Part shown: positions 37,019-44,800 of the stretch, piece after piece
How the letters are laid out: the number at the start of each line of letters is the position of its first letter
Numbering within the stretch: the first letter of the stretch is position 1
IMG/VR virus record: IMGVR_UViG_3300038379_000041
Coordinates: 1-46,528 of that record
Strand: one strand, 5' to 3'
Length of the DNA stretch: 46,528 bases
Source: a virus
Lineage: Duplodnaviria > Caudoviricetes
Translations under genes and position numbers: made by a program
Notes under the pieces: generated by a model
What the model was told of the DNA's origin: nothing
Database searches by the model: none
Seen by the model: the letters and a program-made list of their open reading frames with translations, nothing else

Positions 37019-39195
37019 GCGAGAGCACGTTTCAGCGAGCGTTTGCGGCCGGAGAGCTGGCGCCTGTCTTTCACGCCAGGGGAGACAGCCAGCGGTATCA
37101 GGACGGCTTGCGTCGGTGTCGGAACTTCCAAGTCATGCGGGCCGGGGGCGTGCAGAATCGCGCCGGGCTCCGGTACATCGGCGCGCTCAAGGTCAACAGC
37201 GTCAACGCGAAGCTGATCCCGTACCACTCCGAGGTGGCCGGCGAGAGCATCCTGATCGAGGCGGGGGCGAACTATCTGCGATTCTTCAAGAACGGCGCCG
37301 CCGTCGAGGTCTCAGCCGTGGATGCGTGGAGCAACGCGGTCGCGTACGCGATCGGGGATCTCGTGGAAGACGCCGGCGTCAACTATTACTGCAAACTGGC
37401 CCACACCAATCAGGCGCCGCCGAACGCGACGTACTGGCATCCACTCACGGGCGATATTTTCGAGGTGCCGACGCCATTCTCGGGTTCTGGTCTGTTTCAC
37501 TATCACCAGTCGGGGCGGGTGATTACGCTGACGCACCAAGACGATCCACCACACGAGCTGATCTACGACTCATTGACGCGGTGGATCATTCGCCCCGTCG
37601 AGACAGAACCCTCGATCGCGGCGCCGGAGAACTTGGGCGTCACGATTGGCGTAGCCGGATCGCGGTCGGTCGGCTATTTAGTGACGGCCGCGGCGGACGA
37701 GACGTATGAGGAAAGCGAGCCGAGCAACCAGGTCGTAACGGCCGGCGCCGGCGAGCCGACGCCAGACAACCCTGATGTATTGACGTGGGATCCCGTGGCC
37801 GGCGCATCCGAGTATTACATCTACTACGATCCAAACGGCAACGGCACCTATGGCTACATCGGGACGGCCACCGGCGTCGAGGAGTTCCGCAACACGGGGT
37901 TTATTCCCGACTTTAATCTCACGCCGCCGATCGCGCGACCGGCCTTGTTCGGTGCCACGGGCGACTACCCGGCCACGTCGGCGACGTATCAGCAACGCCG
38001 ATTCTTTGCGAATACGGAGAACGTGCCAGATGGTGTGTGGGGATCACGCACCGGGTTCCCGTCGAATTTTGGCATCGCGAGTCCCCTACAAGACGACGAC
38101 GCCGTCACCTTCCGCGTCGCCGGCAATCAGCACAACCCAGTACGGCACCTCGTCGGGCTTAAGCAGTTGATCCTACTCACCGACTCAGCCGAGTGGACGA
38201 TCGGGCAACCCAAGCAACCGATCACGCCAAGCAATATCCCGGCGGACACCGAGACGTACGCGGGCTCAAGCAGTGTGCAGCCTGTGATCGTCGGCAATGC
38301 GATCATCTTTGCGCAGGCGCGCAATCAGATCATTCGCGATCTGCAATTCGACATCAACGTGAACGGGTTTGCCGGCAGGGATCTCACGGTGTTTTCGTCG
38401 CACCTGTTCGAGGGCAAGCAGATTCGCCGGATCACGTACGCGCAATCACCCGATTCGATCGTGTGGGTGGTGCCGAACGACGGGCGCTTGCTAGGCCTGA
38501 CCTACTTGCGCGAGCTGGATGAATGGGGATGGCACCGGCACGACACCGGCGCGTCGGGCCTGTTCGAGGACGTCTGTGTCGTCCCCGAGGCCGAGGAGGA
38601 CGCGGTGTATGTCATCGTGCGGCGCACGATTGACGGCGGAACAGTGCGCTACATCGAGCGGCTCGAGCGGCGCGTCATCGATGACTTCGACGCGGATGCA
38701 TTCTTTGTTGATTCAGGGCTGAGCTACAGCGGCGCGCCGGCGACCACGTTCGCCGGGCTCGATCACCTCGAAGGTGAAACCGTCTCAATTTGCGCTGATG
38801 GCGCGGACGCCGGACAGGCCGTCGTGAGCGGCGGAGAAGTGACAATCAGCGCCGCAGCCAGCGAGGTGCATGTCGGACTGCCAATCACGGGGCAGATAGA
38901 GACCCTCGATCTCGACGTCGGCGGCGTGATGGTGCGGGACAAGCAAAAACTCGTGAAAGCGGCCACGCTCTTGATCGAGCGTTCGGCCATTGGGTTCGGC
39001 GTCGGGCCATCGTTCTCCCAGCTAGTCCCGTCACGGTTGCATCCGTGGGAGACCGCCAGCGACGAGAACACGTTACAGGTCGAGGTCGTGATTGATGCCA
39101 GATGGGACAAGCCGGGCCGGGTCTGCGTGGAACACACGGCGCCGTTGCCGCTCACAGTGCTTGGCGTCCTACCAAACTTGTCCATCGGCGGGTAG
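37015..39195 (+). CDS. Tail nozzle (T7 gp12-like, tail tubular B)
   Basis: QRAFAAGELAP..RGD..Y..G..C.NF....GG...R.G N-terminus, QQRRFFA, WGWHRH, FFVDSGL, GLDHLEG; GTGA coupling. Confidence 0.88.
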   Translation: MSESTFQRAFAAGELAPVFHARGDSQRYQDGLRRCRNFQVMRAGGVQNRAGLRYIGALKVNSVNAKLIPYHSEVAGESILIEAGANYLRFFKNGAAVEVSAVDAWSNAVAYAIGDLVEDAGVNYYCKLAHTNQAPPNATYWHPLTGDIFEVPTPFSGSGLFHYHQSGRVITLTHQDDPPHELIYDSLTRWIIRPVETEPSIAAPENLGVTIGVAGSRSVGYLVTAAADETYEESEPSNQVVTAGAGEPTPDNPDVLTWDPVAGASEYYIYYDPNGNGTYGYIGTATGVEEFRNTGFIPDFNLTPPIARPALFGATGDYPATSATYQQRRFFANTENVPDGVWGSRTGFPSNFGIASPLQDDDAVTFRVAGNQHNPVRHLVGLKQLILLTDSAEWTIGQPKQPITPSNIPADTETYAGSSSVQPVIVGNAIIFAQARNQIIRDLQFDINVNGFAGRDLTVFSSHLFEGKQIRRITYAQSPDSIVWVVPNDGRLLGLTYLRELDEWGWHRHDTGASGLFEDVCVVPEAEEDAVYVIVRRTIDGGTVRYIERLERRVIDDFDADAFFVDSGLSYSGAPATTFAGLDHLEGETVSICADGADAGQAVVSGGEVTISAAASEVHVGLPITGQIETLDLDVGGVMVRDKQKLVKAATLLIERSAIGFGVGPSFSQLVPSRLHPWETASDENTLQVEVVIDARWDKPGRVCVEHTAPLPLTVLGVLPNLSIGG

Positions 39196-39211
39196 AATAG
39201 GGGCCATTCCG

Positions 39212-39529
39212 ATGAAACTCACGAGCATCAAGATCAACGAAGCGGATCGGGAAAAGACGAAAAGCGCCGAGCTGATCGATGCGCCGGCCTATCCGTATGG
39301 CATGTGTCTGCGGCTTGAAGAGGCAACCATCGCCAAGCTCGAGATAGCGACGCTCCCCAAGGTTGGTGAGAAAATGATGGTGATGGCGCGCGTTGAGGTC
39401 AGCGAGACGTCGCAGCGAGACGTCGTCGGCGGTTCACCGCAGCGGTCAATATCGCTGCAAATCACCGATCTAGCCATCGGCGCGGACGTGAAAGACAAGG
39501 ATCACGCGACCACGCTTTACGGGGGGTAG
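39212..39529 (+). CDS. Capsid staple protein (epsilon15 gp10-like)
   Basis: YPYGMCLRL...LPKVG...SLQITDL...LYGG resembles epsilon15 gp10 as I recall it. Confidence 0.7.
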   Translation: MKLTSIKINEADREKTKSAELIDAPAYPYGMCLRLEEATIAKLEIATLPKVGEKMMVMARVEVSETSQRDVVGGSPQRSISLQITDLAIGADVKDKDHATTLYGG

Positions 39530-39539
39530 TCAGAAAGCA

Positions 39540-40103
39540 ATGGCGGTCACAGCATCCGGCTTGGCTCTGGCGCTCGCGATCGGCGGCACGGCGGCGCAAA
39601 CGGTCGGCACGATTAAGGCCGGCAATGCCGCGCGTCGGGCCGGCCAAGCCGAGCAAAACGCGGCCGAGTCGCAGGCGCAAATTCTGGAATACAACGCCGC
39701 CGTCGAAGAGCTGCGAGCCCAGGACGCCATTACGCGCGGTGCCGAAGACGAGCAGCGGTTTCGGTCGCTGGTGCGCGGAGCCATTGGCGCGCAACGCGCA
39801 GGGTTCGCGGCCGGCAACATCGATGTCGGCTTTGGATCGGCCGTGGATGTGCAGGCGGACGCGGCGAAGCTCGGCGAGTTGGACGCTTTAACCATCAGGA
39901 CGAACGCGGCGCGCGAGGCGTGGGGTTATCAGGTGTCAGCCGAAGACTTACGTCGTGGGGCTGACGTCACACGCAAAGAGGGCCGCGCGGCGGCTGAGGC
40001 CGGACGCGTCGCTCAAGGCAGCTCACGGTGGCGTGCGACGGGCGACGTCCTGGGCACGACGGGGAGCTTACTCGAATCACGGTACGGGTTCGGGAGGGGT
40101 TGA
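39540..40103 (+). CDS. Internal virion protein (T7 gp14-like)
   Basis: Hydrophobic Ala/Gly N-terminus, GAQRAGFAAGNIDV..GSA, DALTIRTNA.REAWG. Confidence 0.75.
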   Translation: MAVTASGLALALAIGGTAAQTVGTIKAGNAARRAGQAEQNAAESQAQILEYNAAVEELRAQDAITRGAEDEQRFRSLVRGAIGAQRAGFAAGNIDVGFGSAVDVQADAAKLGELDALTIRTNAAREAWGYQVSAEDLRRGADVTRKEGRAAAEAGRVAQGSSRWRATGDVLGTTGSLLESRYGFGRG

Positions 40104-41834
40104 GTGCCGATCGTCCAACGATCCGCCCGGCAGATCAGCACAGCGCCGCTTCCATCCGCGCGGAAGCAGTTCGCCGAGACAGCGCGGTCGCAAGGCGCCG
40201 GCGTTGAGGCAGCAAAGGCTGACCGTGGCGAGGCGATCGCCGGCGCCGGCGGTGTCGTCGCGCGGTTTGGCGCGCAACGCTTCGCCGAGGTGCAGGCCGA
40301 AGAACGGCAACGCGCCGATCGCGTCGCGCTCCTCGAGGCCGAAAACAGACTGTCAGCCTGGGAAAACGAGCGGCTCTATCACCCGGAAACGGGAGCCCTG
40401 GCCGTCAAGGGCAAAGCCGCTTTTGAGTTGCCGGAGCAGCTCGCGGCCGAATACAACACCCTCGCCGGAGAGATCGAAACCAGTCTGAGCACGGAACGCC
40501 AGCGCGCGGCGTTCATAACGCTCCGGGCGAATCGAGGGCAGAATCTCGACCTAACGATCCGCCGCCACGTCTTTGGTGAAATGCAAGCGCACGAGCGGCA
40601 AGAGCTTGAGGCGCGCGTCGAAAACTCAGTCAGCACGGCTATAGCAAACGCAAACGATCCGAAGCGCGTCGGCGAGGAGCTGAGCAGCGCCGTGCAGGCC
40701 ATCCGCGCCAGCGCGCCGGCGCTCGGGCTCGGCCCGGAGCAGTTGGAGCAGCGGATTGAGAAGGTGCAATCCGCGACGCACGTCGGCGTCATTGATCGGT
40801 TGCTTGCCCAGGGTCGAGACAAGGCCGCAAAAGTCTATTTCGAGGAGACCCGCGGTCAGATCAGCGGCGAGGCGCAGGCGCGCGTCGAGAAGGCGATCGC
40901 GGAGGGCACCACGCGGGCCGAAGCACAGGCACGAGCGGATCAGATCCTAGCTGAGGGTGGCACCTTGGCGCAGCAACGAGAGAAGGCGCGCGCGATCGAC
41001 GACGCCGAGGTGCGCGACTCCGTCATGCAACGGCTCGAGCACGAGGACGCCGTCCGCGAACGAATCGAGCGCGACCGAGACGAGAAGCTCTTAAGCGACG
41101 CCTATACGATCCTCGATCGCACCGGCGGAAACATCAGCCGGATTCCCGCTGGTATGTGGTCAGGGTTCACCGGCGCGGAACGGTCGGCGATGCGCGCGTA
41201 CGGCGAGCGTGTCGCCAGGGGGGTGCCGGTCGAAACCGATTACGCGACGTACTACGGGCTGATGGATAAGGCGACCACCGATCCGGCCGCATTCGCGAAG
41301 ACCAATCTCCTGACGTACCGCGCCAAGCTCGACGACGCAGAGTTCAAGGAGTTGGTACGGCTACAGGCGGACGTGCGCGCCGGCAACAAGAAGGGGGCCG
41401 AGACGACGATCGGGAATTTCCGCACAAAGACGCAGATCATCGACGACTCCCTCGATCAGTTTGGCGTCACCACCGGCGCCAAGGCGACGAGCACCGACAA
41501 GCACATCGCCGTACAGTTGCGGCGGCAGGTCGATATCGCCGTGCGCGAAGAAGCCGCGCGGCTTGGCAAAGAGCCGGATAATGTCTTTGTGCAGGCCACT
41601 GTCGATCGGCTCCTCTCGAGCCAGGTCACCAAGACCGGCCGGACGTGGTATCTGTCGCCAGCAATTCAGACACAGCGGGCGCTGGAGACAACTGTCGCGG
41701 ATATCCCCCAGGCCGAGCGCGCCGAGATCGAGCTGGCGCTCCGCAAGGTCGGACGCCAAATCAATGATGCGGTCGTGCTCGATCTCTATATCCGCAAGAT
41801 CACACAACCAGCGCGTCCCGACTTCTGGAAGTAG
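40104..41834 (+). CDS. Internal virion protein (T7 gp15-like position)
   Basis: 576-aa helical protein between the gp14-like and giant ejection genes. Confidence 0.7.
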   Translation: MPIVQRSARQISTAPLPSARKQFAETARSQGAGVEAAKADRGEAIAGAGGVVARFGAQRFAEVQAEERQRADRVALLEAENRLSAWENERLYHPETGALAVKGKAAFELPEQLAAEYNTLAGEIETSLSTERQRAAFITLRANRGQNLDLTIRRHVFGEMQAHERQELEARVENSVSTAIANANDPKRVGEELSSAVQAIRASAPALGLGPEQLEQRIEKVQSATHVGVIDRLLAQGRDKAAKVYFEETRGQISGEAQARVEKAIAEGTTRAEAQARADQILAEGGTLAQQREKARAIDDAEVRDSVMQRLEHEDAVRERIERDRDEKLLSDAYTILDRTGGNISRIPAGMWSGFTGAERSAMRAYGERVARGVPVETDYATYYGLMDKATTDPAAFAKTNLLTYRAKLDDAEFKELVRLQADVRAGNKKGAETTIGNFRTKTQIIDDSLDQFGVTTGAKATSTDKHIAVQLRRQVDIAVREEAARLGKEPDNVFVQATVDRLLSSQVTKTGRTWYLSPAIQTQRALETTVADIPQAERAEIELALRKVGRQINDAVVLDLYIRKITQPARPDFWK

Positions 41835-41837
41835 CGG

Positions 41838-44800
41838 ATGAGCGACTACGACGAGCTGCTCCGCGAAGACGAACAGGATCAGCCGAGCCCGCAACGATCG
41901 GTCTATGACGATCTGATCCAACAGGACGCGCAGGCGGACGAGGGTCGGTTGCGCGGGTCGATGAAGGTCGCGCTCGAAACGACACCCGATCGCGCGGCCG
42001 ACGTGCGCCGACTGTCCGCGCGGTTTGGACTCCCCGAGACGGTTGTCGATCGACAGTACGACAGCATCCGCACCAGGGCCGTGAGCGACGATGCCCTGCA
42101 AGCGACACAGGACACGCCGGCCGTCGCGACATGGCTCCGCGAGCCGCGCAATGCCGCGGTCGCATCGGACGACTTGCCGGCCTTGACGACGCTCGAGCAT
42201 GTCGTAGGGTTCGGGCTCGACGCGACGCGAGCACTGATGGCCGGCGGCTACCGCGGCGCGACAACGGGTTTGTGGGGGTTGATCCAAGGCGCGGCCGAAG
42301 CGGTCGGAGCCGAGTCGGCGGCGGTATACGCCGCACGCGTCCGCAAGGCGAGCGAAGCCACAACGGCAGCGGTACGTGGACAGCAACAGCCGCGAGGTTT
42401 TGTTGCTGGCGCCGCCCTGAGTGGCGTCGAGTCGGTCGGGGCCAACATCACCGGGCTGATGGCAAGCCTAGCGACGGGCTCGCCGGCGCCGATGCTCACA
42501 ATCATGGGCGCCCAGGTGGGCGGCGAAGCCTACGGCCAGGCGCGGGATCGAGGTGTCACACCGCGGCAAGCCGCCGTCTTTGCAGTCGGGCAAGGGGGGG
42601 TCGAGGTTGCGACCGAGATGATCCCGGCGTCACGGCTGATTAAAGATCTCGCCGGGAATCAGCAATTCATCAAGATGCTCACGGGTCAGCTCGCGGCGGA
42701 GATTCCAGGCGAGCAGGTCGCGACGCTGTTACAGGACTTGAACGAGTGGGCCGTGCAGTATCCAGCACGGCCGTTTGGGGACTACCTGGCCGAGCGCCCG
42801 AGCGCGATGGCCGAAACCCTCATCGCTACCGTGGTCGCCACGGCGACGCAGGCCAGCGTGGGGCGCGCCACCGAGCGGCTCATGCGTCACGTCGGAGAGG
42901 TCGCCACGGAGTCAAAGACGGCCAAGCGGTCGCCGGAAGCGACGCAGGCGCTCGTCGCTAGTATCGTTGCGGACAGCCCCATCGAGACGGCGCACTTCGA
43001 TACGCCGACATGGGTGAGCTACTGGCAGAGCCAAGGCGTCGATCCGGCGCAGAAGGCCGCAGAACTGACGGGCTCACTCGAGAGTCTACCCAACGCGATC
43101 GCGGCTGGTACGCCCTTGGCGGTGCCAATGGCGGCATATATCGCCCAGGTCGCGCCAACCGAGCACCACGGCGCCCTAAGCCAAGAACTGCGGATCGGGC
43201 CTGATGACTGGAACGCCAAAGAAACGGCAGCGTTCCACGAGAAACATTCAGTCGAGACGCCGGCCGATGAGCAGACCGCGGCCATCCAACAGGCATTGGT
43301 GAGTAAGTTGACCGCGGCCGGCATGACGGCCGGCGCGGCTGAGGCAAGCGCGCAGCAGATGGTACAGGTCTTCGCCACGCGGGCGCAGCGGGCGGGCTTA
43401 GATCCTGTGGAGTTGTTTAATCGCTACGGGCTCGAGATTCAGCGACCAGATCTCGTGGCACCAAGGGGTGAGGGTGATGAAACTGGATCTGGCGAAAGTC
43501 GTCTCGCTGATCGAGCAGGGCGCGACCAAAGGTACCGCGTTCCGAGCCGTCTTGAGGGCGCATCGGAGACAGCACGCGCCGAGCAATTCGAGGCGCTCTA
43601 CAGCGCTACGCTCGAGGCCGCGCGCGCGCTCGATCCAGGCGTCGATGCCGAGCGCATCCGCCAAGAGTTGGACGCTCGCGTAGGGCTCTATCTCGACGCG
43701 ACGGTGCTCGCCGCAGAGGATCGCGCGCGTCCGCACGATCTACTTAGGGCGATCGCTGCGGCTGGCGGACTGAGCGCCGAAGCCGAGGACGCCGGCGGAC
43801 TCGCAGGCGAGCTGAAGGCCATGCAGGGCCGGTTTGGCTCGCTGGGCGGCGTGCCGGGCGTGTTCCGGCGCAAGAAGCGGGCGACCACGGGTAATCAGCG
43901 ATCGAGCGGCTACGGCGTTGATGAGATGCTCGAGCGACTCCATCAAGATCACCGATGGCGATGGATCGAGAACACGGACATGCTGCTCGATCAGCTCGAC
44001 GATCTGAGTCGTCGCACCGAGGCCGAGACGGGCGACGTGCGACTACCGGGCACCGAGGAGCGACGGGATCTCGGCGTGAAGCTCGAGACGCGATGGTGGG
44101 ACGCAGACGCTTACGATCCGTCGCTTTTCCAGCGAGCAGCGGATCCAACGGCAACGCCGGAGTTCCGGGCATGGTTTGGCGAGTCCGTCGTGGCAGATGC
44201 GGGCCGGCCGCGTGTGGTGTACCACTCTGGCGACTTTGATCCGGCCGTGGATCCCGTGATTCAGGTTGGACTCCACGGCATGCACTTCGGCACCCGCGCC
44301 GCGGCCGAGGAGCGACCGTATGGCAAAGCGGTAGATGACTTCATCCGCGAAGCCGAGATCGATCAGGACGCCGGGCGGTGGTATTGGAGTAGCCAAGGGC
44401 AGGAGTCGTACGGCACCAATGAAGAGGGATTTGAGACGCGCGCGGAGGCGGTGAAGGATCTGGAAGCGGCCGCAATCGAGTACGCGAACGGCATAATCCA
44501 GGACAGCGATCCACCCGTCATCGTGCCGGTCTACCTCTCGATCCAGAACCCGAAGCGCCTGACCGATCAGGGCGCGCAATGGGACGCCGCCATTGAGCAG
44601 GCGAAAGCCGAGGGCTACGACGGCATCGTCTACCGCAACGAGTACGAGGACAAAGGGCAGGACAGTTACATCATCTTCGCGCCCTGGCAGGCGAAGCACG
44701 CCGAGGCGAACCGCGGCACATACGATCGGCGCGATCCATCGGTGCTGTTTCAGGAAACGCCGAAGCCGCCGGCGACCGAAGATCGGCTTGACACCGGCGA

